DNA of 63,625 nucleotides from positions 1 through 63,625 of the forward strand of contig JARIDA010000013.1 of assembly GCA_029257065.1 (NCBI GenBank), read 5' to 3'. Positions within the stretch are counted from its first letter, which is position 1, and each line of letters begins with the position of its first letter. The notes beneath the pieces were generated by a model. It worked only from the letters and a program-made list of their open reading frames with translations. It searched no databases and had not been told where the DNA came from. Source of the DNA: Tissierellaceae bacterium. Lineage in GTDB: Bacteria > Bacillota > Clostridia > Tissierellales > Tissierellaceae. The position numbers and the translations under genes are program-made. Of the stretch, positions 48,507 through 56,821 are shown piece by piece.

Positions 48507-49590
48507 ATTCATTTAAAGCTCTATCTATATTTCTTATAAAATCCTGTATATTAGTAACCATGGAAACTGCTGTTAATGTTCCTCTATCTGAAAGTTTATT
48601 TACAGCAAACTCTTGTATATCCACCGTATACATATAAACAGGTCTAATCTTCCCATTAATCTCATTATATGATGGAGTCATATTTCCAGTTGCAACTGTA
48701 TATAAAATAGCTCCCATCATTATTACTGTAGATGTCTTTCTAGCATGCTTTCTCATTTCATCTTGAGCATCATAAACATTATTGATAGTCTCTGGAAGAC
48801 CAAATCTATCTCTAATTGTAGCCGCTATAACAAAGTCCACGTCATTCTCTATACAAGCCTTTATAAATCCATCCTTAACTTTACCAGACTCCACCAATGC
48901 TCTTATAGAACCATATTCTCTAACTAAATTTATAGTATCAAATAGATTTTCATTTGTGTTTTGTTCTCGTTTAAATCTCTTTTGACCCCAAGAGGTTTCA
49001 AATACTCCTCTTTCTAAATCAAAAGCTGCTGTTTCTGTTCCACAAAAAATAGAATCCACATATCCAGATTGGATTAAATTTGCTAAACCTTTTCTAGCAT
49101 CTCTATCAAAAGATATGGCAGATCCTACCACCAAAGTGACATATCCATTATTTCTCTTCTCATATTCTAATAATTTATAGAGATTATCATAGTCTACTGA
49201 GTATGCCGTCTCTCTTGAACGTCCAGATCTAAAGGCAAAACTTTCTAAATCCTCTTCTTTTGATAAAAAACCTTTTGTCCAAACATAAATTCCTTCCGAA
49301 CCATCTTCTGTCCTACCTACTACCACCCTATCTCCCTTTTTTAAATTTCTAAATTCTAAAAAGTCTAAAGTATGATCATCTCTTAGAACACAGACCGTAT
49401 CCATTCTACTCTTGGTCCCCAATATCCACTTTCCATTTACTTTGAAATATTCTGGATATATTGATAGTGCGTGATAACCCTTTGGGCTCACTCCATCTTT
49501 TAAAACTTCTTGTGTTTTACAGTCTGGTGCATTTTTTAAATATTTCTCTTCAAAATTAGGATGATTATATTCAGGTATAATAAAACTCAT
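48505..49590 (-). CDS. uncharacterised ~360-aa protein, paralog B (divergent copy)
   Basis: 361 aa, RBS AAAGGAGG. Shares the blocks EYEKRNNGY, GSI..LVESGKVKDG, IRDRFGLPE, RPVYMYTVDI and VTNIQDF with the upstream gene. It carries CGTETAAFDLERGVFETSWG where paralog A has AGNAMATHDLEGGYLGTSLG. Confidence 0.8.
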   Translation of the reverse strand: MSFIIPEYNHPNFEEKYLKNAPDCKTQEVLKDGVSPKGYHALSIYPEYFKVNGKWILGTKSRMDTVCVLRDDHTLDFLEFRNLKKGDRVVVGRTEDGSEGIYVWTKGFLSKEEDLESFAFRSGRSRETAYSVDYDNLYKLLEYEKRNNGYVTLVVGSAISFDRDARKGLANLIQSGYVDSIFCGTETAAFDLERGVFETSWGQKRFKREQNTNENLFDTINLVREYGSIRALVESGKVKDGFIKACIENDVDFVIAATIRDRFGLPETINNVYDAQDEMRKHARKTSTVIMMGAILYTVATGNMTPSYNEINGKIRPVYMYTVDIQEFAVNKLSDRGTLTAVSMVTNIQDFIRNIDRALNE

Positions 49591-49591
49591 A

Positions 49592-50692
49592 TTATTTTAC
49601 CTCCTTTTCATCTTTAGATTTCAAAAGTGCTCTTTCACAATTAACTACAAAATCTTGAACATTTGTAACCACAGGTTTAAAGGCCATATATTCCCTTGCT
49701 GCTCCAATTTTATTTAGAATATTCTCAGTTATATCCACTGCATACATATAAACAGGTGTAATTCTTCCATCTTTTCTTACCCTATAACTAGAAGCTATAT
49801 TAGCAGTGGAAACATTGTGCAATAAGGTTGCTAATCCAATTATCATAGTGGACTTGTTCAAATGTTTTTTAACATCAGTTAAAGCCTCTTCCGTATCACC
49901 AAAAACCTCTGGCAATGGTCCATCATCTCTAATAGATCCTGCCAATGTATATGGAATTTCATTTTCAACTAAAGTCTTTACAAGTCCGTCTTTAACTTTT
50001 CCAGATTGGATAAAACTTTCAATTGAACCTGCTCTTCTAATCTCATTTAATAAATCCAAATGATTGTAATGTCCCTGTGGCATATTTTCCTGAGTATAAA
50101 TATTTTGCCCTAGAGATGTTCCCAAATATCCACCTTCCAAATCATGAGTAGCCATAGCATTCCCTGCTATAACACAATTGATATATCCATTCTCAGCAAG
50201 TCTATTAAGTGCAACTCTAGTATCATGATCAAATACAACACTAGGTCCTAATACCCAGACTATATATCCATTATTTTGTTTTTCATATTCTAAATGTTTA
50301 AATAGATTATCATAATCCGCAGAAAAAGATTTTTCCACTGACATTCCCGGTTTATAATATAAAGACTCTGGAAAACCTTCTCTATGTAGATATATTCCCT
50401 CAGTGCCATCTATAGTTCTTCCTATAACAACAGAATCTCCCACTTTTAAATCCCTTAATTCTGTAATCACAATCTCCCCATATCTAAGAACAGGTACACA
50501 ATTTAGAGAATTATGTTCTGGAAACAACCATTCACCCTTATATTTGTAAAATGTAGGTAAATGAGTTGTCAAATAGAAATTTTCTGGTGCTACTCCATCT
50601 TTTTTTACTTTTTTAAATTTTATTTCCTTACAATTTTTAAACTCCTCGTTATCAAAATTAGGAAATTCAAATATTGGTATTTTAAATTCCAA
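49592..50692 (-). CDS. uncharacterised ~360-aa protein, paralog A (possibly TIGR00300/ArgZ-AgrE C-terminal-like)
   Basis: 366 aa, TTG start after AAGGAGG. The block VLGPSVVFDHDTRVALNRLAENGYINCVIAGNAMATHDLEGGYLGTSLG recalls, from memory, the DHS-like Rossmann domain of the LOR/SDH-related TIGR00300 family. The confidence value refers to the CDS call; the family assignment is much weaker. Confidence 0.8.
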   Translation of the reverse strand: MEFKIPIFEFPNFDNEEFKNCKEIKFKKVKKDGVAPENFYLTTHLPTFYKYKGEWLFPEHNSLNCVPVLRYGEIVITELRDLKVGDSVVIGRTIDGTEGIYLHREGFPESLYYKPGMSVEKSFSADYDNLFKHLEYEKQNNGYIVWVLGPSVVFDHDTRVALNRLAENGYINCVIAGNAMATHDLEGGYLGTSLGQNIYTQENMPQGHYNHLDLLNEIRRAGSIESFIQSGKVKDGLVKTLVENEIPYTLAGSIRDDGPLPEVFGDTEEALTDVKKHLNKSTMIIGLATLLHNVSTANIASSYRVRKDGRITPVYMYAVDITENILNKIGAAREYMAFKPVVTNVQDFVVNCERALLKSKDEKEVK

Positions 50693-50717
50693 AATATTAC
50701 CTCCTTATAATTTTAAT

Positions 50718-51629
50718 TTAAATATTCAAAAATACTAAAGCTATTAATATAAGTAATACGACCATTTTATCCTTCCTTGAAAGTTTTTCTCCAAATATAA
50801 AAAATCCTGCTAAATTAATAAGTAAAATAGCTCCTGCACTAAATGTTGGAAAAGCAATTGAAGCAGGAATAGTGTCTAATGACAATATCAAAAAATATGA
50901 GGAAAACAAATTAGGAACTCCAACTGCAATCCCAGTTAATATATCCTTTTTATTTAATCTGACTTTTTCTCTATATGTATAATAAGAACTTATTAAAAAA
51001 GCCATTAAAAATACAGATAATAGAAATATATCCTTATAGGCACTAATAGCATATTTTTGATATATCTTGTTGGAAAACTCTGCCATTCCTCCAAATAGAA
51101 ATAATAGTATTATAGATTTATTAATATCAAACTTTTTAATTGAGTCCAAGGATAAGTTGACCATTACAATTGATATTAAAGATAATAGTATACCTACCCA
51201 CTGTATTGGTGTAGGATATTCTTTCCATATAAAAATGGAAAATATCATAGGTATTAAAATTCCGATTTTAGAAAATGTTCCAGATAATCCTACCCCATTT
51301 TCCTTTACACTTTTTTGATAATATATAAAGGAATAGAAGAAAAAGAATCCAGCTATTACTCCTACAAATATTCCCCAAACACCACTATTATAAGGACCCA
51401 ATATATATTCCTCTTGAGATAATAATATCTTCATTTCTTCCAAAAAAGCATAATTCCTATTAACATTTTTAAAGAGACCTTTTTCAACTATCATAAACAA
51501 ACTTATAACAGCTGCAGTTAAATAATTAATACTAGTAACTAAATATTGATTTGTATCATATTTCTCAGAATATTTAAAAACCATTGCAATGGTTGAACTA
51601 CAAAGTATTGCAAAAAGTAAATACAACAT
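50718..51629 (-). CDS. 10-TM membrane transporter (DMT-like), first gene of the operon
   Basis: About 303 aa and strongly hydrophobic throughout. 25 nt upstream of paralog A. Start at the ATG at 51629 (GAGGAG, 7-nt spacer). Confidence 0.7.
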   Translation of the reverse strand: MLYLLFAILCSSTIAMVFKYSEKYDTNQYLVTSINYLTAAVISLFMIVEKGLFKNVNRNYAFLEEMKILLSQEEYILGPYNSGVWGIFVGVIAGFFFFYSFIYYQKSVKENGVGLSGTFSKIGILIPMIFSIFIWKEYPTPIQWVGILLSLISIVMVNLSLDSIKKFDINKSIILLFLFGGMAEFSNKIYQKYAISAYKDIFLLSVFLMAFLISSYYTYREKVRLNKKDILTGIAVGVPNLFSSYFLILSLDTIPASIAFPTFSAGAILLINLAGFFIFGEKLSRKDKMVVLLILIALVFLNI

Positions 51630-51657
51630 ATATAACAACTCCTCTTCTTATAAAGTC

Positions 51658-51686
51658 ATTATATTTTATATACTTATTTTTGTCCA
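51658..51686 (-). promoter_or_regulatory. sigma-A type promoter for the transporter/paralog operon
   Basis: Minus strand TGGACA (51686..51681), 17-nt spacer, TATAAT (51663..51658). Confidence 0.55.
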
Positions 51687-51698
51687 TTAATGGAAAAT

Positions 51699-53960
51699 TT
51701 ATATTCCTTTTTTCAGCCACTTAGCTGTTAGGCTATCACTTCTCAACATATGCTCAGGAGTTCCTTCAAATATAACTTCTCCTCCAGCTTCTCCACCTTC
51801 TGGCCCCATTTCAATTACCCAATCACTTGCCGCGATAAAATCTAAATTATGCTCAATAATTATAACTGAATTGCCATTATCTACTAGCTTTTGAAATACA
51901 TTTAATAATGTCTCATTATCTTTCATATGAAGCCCTAAAGAGGGTTCATCTAAAAGATATATTTCACCTTTTCTTTTTAGATGGCTGGCTAATTTAAGAC
52001 GTTGAACTTCTCCACCACTTAGAGTACTTGTAGTTTGCCCTAGTGTTAGATATCCAAGACCAACATCTTTAAGTGTCTCTATTTTAGATTTTATATTTTT
52101 ATTAGCAAAATAATCCAGAGCTTCATTCACTGTTAATTTTAATATGTCGACTATATTTTTCCCTTTATAATAAAATGATCTGGCTAAATCTGAATATCTA
52201 GTCCCATTACAACTTTCACATTTCACAGTGACTGGATCTGCAAAAGCTACATCAGGCTGTGTAAAACCTTTCCCCTTACATATTTCACAAGCCCCTGTAG
52301 AATTAAAACTAAACAGACCAATTTCTCCTCCCGTCTCCCTAGCAAATATCCTTCTAATACTGTCCATAATCCCCATATATGTTACTAAGGTGGATCGTGA
52401 AGATATTCCTATACTATCTTGACTTACACTTATTGTTTTATAATACTTTTCTGCAAATGCTCCCAACATAAGTGAACTCTTCCCAGATCCTGATACTCCA
52501 CAGATAGATACAAGTACATTTTTAGGAATTGATAAATTAATATTTTTCAAATTATTGTTTGTAGCATTCTCAATAGTGAAATATTCTTTTATTTTTCTTG
52601 GATTTTTATTTACTTTTAAACTATATTCTAAATCCGTTGCTGCATCTTTAGCATATTTTAGTTCTTCAGGTTTCCCTTGGTAAACAACTTTTCCACCCTC
52701 TCTACCTGCTTTAGGCCCCATTTCAATAATTTCATCTCCTGATAAAATTAAAGATAAGTCGTGTTCAATAATTATAACAGTATTATATTGATTTTTAATT
52801 TCTTTCAAAATATTAATAAGCATTTGAACTTCTTCTGGATGAAGCCCGGCAGATGGCTCATCAAATATATATGTCATATTATTTAAACTACTACCTAAAT
52901 GTCTAGCAATCTTAACTCTTTGGGCTTCTCCCCCAGATAGACTTGACATTTTTCTTGATAGATTTAAATAGCCTAATCCCATATTCATAAGTTGTCTAAG
53001 AGGAACTATAGCCTGCTTAGCAATGGATTTCCCCAATGGATCTTTAACTCCTTCTAATTGTACAATTATTTTTTGGATTTCCAACTCCCCATAATCCATT
53101 ATATTAAATCCATTTATTTTAGACTTTAAAATCTCAGGATTAAGTCCACTGCCTTTACAAACTGGACATATTCCATAATCAGAAACCTTCAGCACATCTT
53201 CTTGGGAAACTTGTTTTAAATTTGAAATGTCTCTATTAATATAAAGTCTGATAAATCTAGGTAAAAGTCCATCCCACTGAGCATTCTGAGGTCCATCCTT
53301 AGTGTGAAAAGGAGCATCAACTGTTCCTCCTCCTGGTGGACCATATAAAAATAGATTTTTTGTTGCTTCTTCATAATCTCTAATAGGCTTCTCAGGATCA
53401 AACAAACCACAGGTCATCATCCATCTTCCCTGCCAACCTGCAGGAGAAAGAGGTTTAAATTGTACTGCATAATCCTTTAATGATTTATCAAAATCAATTA
53501 ATTTCTCTAAATTAGGTGTAACTACTTTTCCAAATCCATCACATTTTGGACACTGGCCAAATAGACTTTCCCTTGAGAAATCTGTAGCACTTCCAATCTG
53601 CGGATTTCCTATTCTAGAAAACAGAAGGCGGATAAGAGGGTCTATGTCCATATAGGTTCCCAGGGTAGATCTGGAACTAGGACTTATTGCTCTTTGTTCT
53701 ACAACAATAACCGGACTTAAGTTTTGCATTAAATCTGCTTCAGGTCTTTCATATCTGGGCATTTGATTTCTAACATAAAGAGGATAATTAAGAGTCATCT
53801 GTCTTCTACTTTCTCTTGCTAGTGTTTCAAAGGCTACTGAACTTTTCCCTGAACCTGAAACACCTGTAAAAACTGTTATATTACCCTTTTTAATATCCAA
53901 ATCAATGTCCTTTAAATTGTTTTCTCTAAGTCCTCTCAATATAATATTATCTTTAAACAT
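51699..53960 (-). CDS. UvrA-like ABC ATPase paralog lacking the UvrB-binding domain (class II-like UvrA)
   Basis: 753 aa. Walker A GVSGSGKSS at residues 33-41 and 488-496, LSGGE at 341 and 647. CPKCDGFG and CPVCKGSG pairs, and CEICKGKG...CESCNGTRY. ...LFSRIG runs almost directly into FSRESLFGQCPKCDGFG. Confidence 0.88.
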   Translation of the reverse strand: MFKDNIILRGLRENNLKDIDLDIKKGNITVFTGVSGSGKSSVAFETLARESRRQMTLNYPLYVRNQMPRYERPEADLMQNLSPVIVVEQRAISPSSRSTLGTYMDIDPLIRLLFSRIGNPQIGSATDFSRESLFGQCPKCDGFGKVVTPNLEKLIDFDKSLKDYAVQFKPLSPAGWQGRWMMTCGLFDPEKPIRDYEEATKNLFLYGPPGGGTVDAPFHTKDGPQNAQWDGLLPRFIRLYINRDISNLKQVSQEDVLKVSDYGICPVCKGSGLNPEILKSKINGFNIMDYGELEIQKIIVQLEGVKDPLGKSIAKQAIVPLRQLMNMGLGYLNLSRKMSSLSGGEAQRVKIARHLGSSLNNMTYIFDEPSAGLHPEEVQMLINILKEIKNQYNTVIIIEHDLSLILSGDEIIEMGPKAGREGGKVVYQGKPEELKYAKDAATDLEYSLKVNKNPRKIKEYFTIENATNNNLKNINLSIPKNVLVSICGVSGSGKSSLMLGAFAEKYYKTISVSQDSIGISSRSTLVTYMGIMDSIRRIFARETGGEIGLFSFNSTGACEICKGKGFTQPDVAFADPVTVKCESCNGTRYSDLARSFYYKGKNIVDILKLTVNEALDYFANKNIKSKIETLKDVGLGYLTLGQTTSTLSGGEVQRLKLASHLKRKGEIYLLDEPSLGLHMKDNETLLNVFQKLVDNGNSVIIIEHNLDFIAASDWVIEMGPEGGEAGGEVIFEGTPEHMLRSDSLTAKWLKKGI

Positions 53961-54030
53961 TCTATATTCCTTTCATATTTTTCTCTCTAAAGCTCACAAT
54001 AATAATGATATCATATATCTCTTTATACAT

Positions 54031-54057
54031 AAAAAAGAGAGAATCTCTTCTCTCTTT
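54031..54057 (-). terminator. terminator after the rhodanese gene
   Basis: AAAAGAGAGAA-TCTC-TTCTCTCTTTT followed by a T-run on the minus strand. Confidence 0.7.
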
Positions 54058-54111
54058 TAATATTCTATTAATCATCAATTCTGTCTTTATAAAAAACTAA
54101 TTAAATTATAC

Positions 54112-54480
54112 CTATTTTCCTTTAGTTGTCCTATATGGCCAATACATTATACCTCCAAAATCATTCACATCTGTGTATCCCATTTTAACTAGTCTTCTAG
54201 CTGCTCTTTTACTTCTACTTCCAGTTTTACAATAGACGAGAATTTTTTCATCTTTGTTTGGTAATTTAGTCTCTGCTATTTTTTTGAGATCATAGTCTGG
54301 AATTAATATTGATCCATCTATTCTTATGCTTTCATACTCCTCTTGAGTTCTAACATCTAATATTATAGGACTTTCTCTATCCATAATTTCCTTAGCTTCT
54401 TCAGCTGAAATCTTATTTTCATTTTTTCTCTGCCTATAAATAAAAAATATAATTAAAATTACAACTACTATTCTATCCAT
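54112..54480 (-). CDS. membrane-anchored rhodanese-like domain protein
   Basis: 122 aa. N-terminal TM, ILDVRTQEEY, and active-site loop YCKTGSRS. Confidence 0.85.
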   Translation of the reverse strand: MDRIVVVILIIFFIYRQRKNENKISAEEAKEIMDRESPIILDVRTQEEYESIRIDGSILIPDYDLKKIAETKLPNKDEKILVYCKTGSRSKRAARRLVKMGYTDVNDFGGIMYWPYRTTKGK

Positions 54481-54499
54481 AATAGTTCTCCTTTTCTAT

Positions 54500-54859
54500 T
54501 TAGGAAAATACTCTTAATTGTACTGAAACTCCATTAGGATCGTATACATAAAAATAACGAGTTCCATCATCTGGCTCTTGAATAGGAGAAGGACTCAGCC
54601 CTTTATCAGTGGCAATTTTGTGCATTTGGTCTAATTTATCCGTTTCAAAGCAGATAAATAAACCCTGTCCTGAATATTTCTCTTTATCTGGTAAATGAAT
54701 AAGTTCGATCTCTGTCTCACCTTCACCATTACTCAAAAAAACAACTTCTCCGTCTCCTGCTTTAAATCTTCTCACAACAGATATTTCTGTCATAGTTTCG
54801 TAAAATTCAATGGATTTTTCAATATCTTCCACATTAATTGCAATATGTTTAATATGCAC
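54500..54859 (-). CDS. VOC (glyoxalase/bleomycin resistance/dioxygenase) family protein
   Basis: 119 aa. IKHIAINVEDIEKSIEFY and C-terminal YVYDPNGVSVQL. Confidence 0.8.
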   Translation of the reverse strand: MHIKHIAINVEDIEKSIEFYETMTEISVVRRFKAGDGEVVFLSNGEGETEIELIHLPDKEKYSGQGLFICFETDKLDQMHKIATDKGLSPSPIQEPDDGTRYFYVYDPNGVSVQLRVFS

Positions 54860-54873
54860 TTTTATCTTCCTTT

Positions 54874-55812
54874 CTATTCTAAAATCTTATCGCTTATAAC
54901 ACCATCTATATTTATCAATATAATACTAATAGATACTAAGGCAATGGACAATATAACATTTGGTCCTAATAATCTTTCATCTAATAGTATATAAGACAAA
55001 AAAGTTCCAAATAGTGGTATGGTAAATCTATATATACTGACTCTACCTACTCCATTGTATTTTAATAATATGGTCCATATGGAAAAAGCCGATGCAGATG
55101 CAAAAGCTAAATATAATAATAACCAGATATTTTGATTTGTAAATTCAAGCCTTGCTCCTCCAAAATATCCTACTAAAATTAAAAATAAGGAACCTATAAC
55201 TAATTGATACCCTGTAACCAAAAATGTATCAATAAATCCAGCAATTTTTTTAGTATATATTGCAGAAAAAGCTCCTGTTAAACCTGTTATCATAACAAAT
55301 CCTTCTCCAGTTAAAGTAAATCCTCCACCTAATCTAGCTCCATTTAGATTTACAATAATAACTCCTGCAAATCCCATTATCAAACCTATTATTTTTTTAT
55401 TATTCAGCTTATCCTCCTTATAGAAAAAATGAGCTAAGATAACAGGAAATAAAGTTCCTGTAGCAGTCATTATAGATCCTTTAGTTCCACTAGTATTGGA
55501 TAAACCTATATAGAACAATGTATAGTGTATAGCAGTTTGTAAAAGTCCTAATAAAGATACTCTTCTTATTTCATTTCTATATATTTTTATACTTTTCCCA
55601 GATAATACTGAAATAATTAGTATCATCATTCCTGCTATAAAAAATCTAAATCCTGCAAATAATATTTTGTGGAAAGTTTCATCCCCACTTATCTCAAATA
55701 ATTTATAGCCTATTTTTATTGTAGGAACAGCACTTCCCCACATTAAACAGCTAAATAGAGCTAAGATTGCTATTATATATGATTTACTAAACAAATCATC
55801 TCTTTTCTCCAA
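54874..55812 (-). CDS. EamA/DMT family transporter (tandem copy 1)
   Basis: 312 aa, 10 TM, with two EamA-like halves. About 75% identical to the adjacent copy. Confidence 0.85.
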   Translation of the reverse strand: MEKRDDLFSKSYIIAILALFSCLMWGSAVPTIKIGYKLFEISGDETFHKILFAGFRFFIAGMMILIISVLSGKSIKIYRNEIRRVSLLGLLQTAIHYTLFYIGLSNTSGTKGSIMTATGTLFPVILAHFFYKEDKLNNKKIIGLIMGFAGVIIVNLNGARLGGGFTLTGEGFVMITGLTGAFSAIYTKKIAGFIDTFLVTGYQLVIGSLFLILVGYFGGARLEFTNQNIWLLLYLAFASASAFSIWTILLKYNGVGRVSIYRFTIPLFGTFLSYILLDERLLGPNVILSIALVSISIILINIDGVISDKILE

Positions 55813-55853
55813 TTTAGAACCTCTTTTCTTATCTTCTAATTTAAAAATATATT

Positions 55854-56792
55854 CTATTCTAAAGTCTTATTATCTCGAATTCCATCTATATTTATCAATA
55901 TAATACTGATAGAAACTAAAGCAATAGCCAATATAACATTTGGTCCTAATAATCTTTCGTTCAACACTATATAGGAAAGAAATGTACCAAATATGGGAAC
56001 ACTAAATTTAAATATTGTCACTCTGCCTACACCATTATGCTTAAGTAATATAGTCCATATGGAAAAAGCTGATGCAGATGCAAAAGCTAAATATAATAAT
56101 AACCAGATATTTTGATTTGTAAATTCAAGTGTTCCTCCTCCAAAATATCCTACTACAATTAAAAATAAGGAACCTATAATTAATTGATACCCTGTAACTA
56201 AAAATGTATCAATATTATTAGCAATTCTCTTCGTATAAATTGCTGAAAGTGCTCCTGTTAAAGCTGTAAGTAGTATAAAACCTTCTCCTGTAATAGAAAA
56301 GCCACCAACTACTCCAGCTCCATTTAAATTAACTAAAACCACTCCTGCAAAACCTATTATTAGTCCAATTATCTTTTTATTATTCAATTTATCCTCTCTA
56401 TAAAAATAGTTAGATATAATAACTGCAAAAAATGTTTCAGTTGCAGAAATTATAGAGCCCTTGGTTCCAGAAGTATTTGAAACTCCTATATAAAAAAATG
56501 TATAGTTTATAGCTGTTTGTAGTATTCCTAATAATATAAGTCCTGGAATATCCTCTTTTTTTACTTTTATGTTTTTACCTGCCAATAGACTAACTATTAA
56601 AATCATAGACCCTGCTATAAAAAACCTAGTTCCTGCAAATAATATTTTATGAAAAGTATCTCCCCCACCTATATTAAAAAGCTCATAACCCACTTTAATT
56701 GCTGGAAAAGCACTTCCCCACATTAAACAACTAAACAAAGCTAATATTGCCACTATATATGGCCTGGTAAATATACTGTCTTTTTTCTCCAA
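55854..56792 (-). CDS. EamA/DMT family transporter (tandem copy 2)
   Basis: 312 aa, the same length as copy 1. TTG start after AAGAGGTT in both copies. Confidence 0.85.
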   Translation of the reverse strand: MEKKDSIFTRPYIVAILALFSCLMWGSAFPAIKVGYELFNIGGGDTFHKILFAGTRFFIAGSMILIVSLLAGKNIKVKKEDIPGLILLGILQTAINYTFFYIGVSNTSGTKGSIISATETFFAVIISNYFYREDKLNNKKIIGLIIGFAGVVLVNLNGAGVVGGFSITGEGFILLTALTGALSAIYTKRIANNIDTFLVTGYQLIIGSLFLIVVGYFGGGTLEFTNQNIWLLLYLAFASASAFSIWTILLKHNGVGRVTIFKFSVPIFGTFLSYIVLNERLLGPNVILAIALVSISIILINIDGIRDNKTLE

Positions 56793-56821
56793 TTCCCAAC
56801 CTCTTTTCTTTCTAAAAACAT

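Larger units (their letters stand above)
54874..56792 (-). repeat. direct tandem duplication, period 980 bp, of the EamA transporter gene including its RBS
   Basis: Starts (55812/56792) and stops (54874/55854) are both offset by exactly 980 nt. 55073..55149 and 56053..56129 differ at a single base. Confidence 0.9.

Noticed and set aside
53216-53410. 64-aa minus-strand ORF inside the uvrA-like gene
   Set aside because: It is in an alternative frame of a gene with continuous UvrA homology, so it is spurious.
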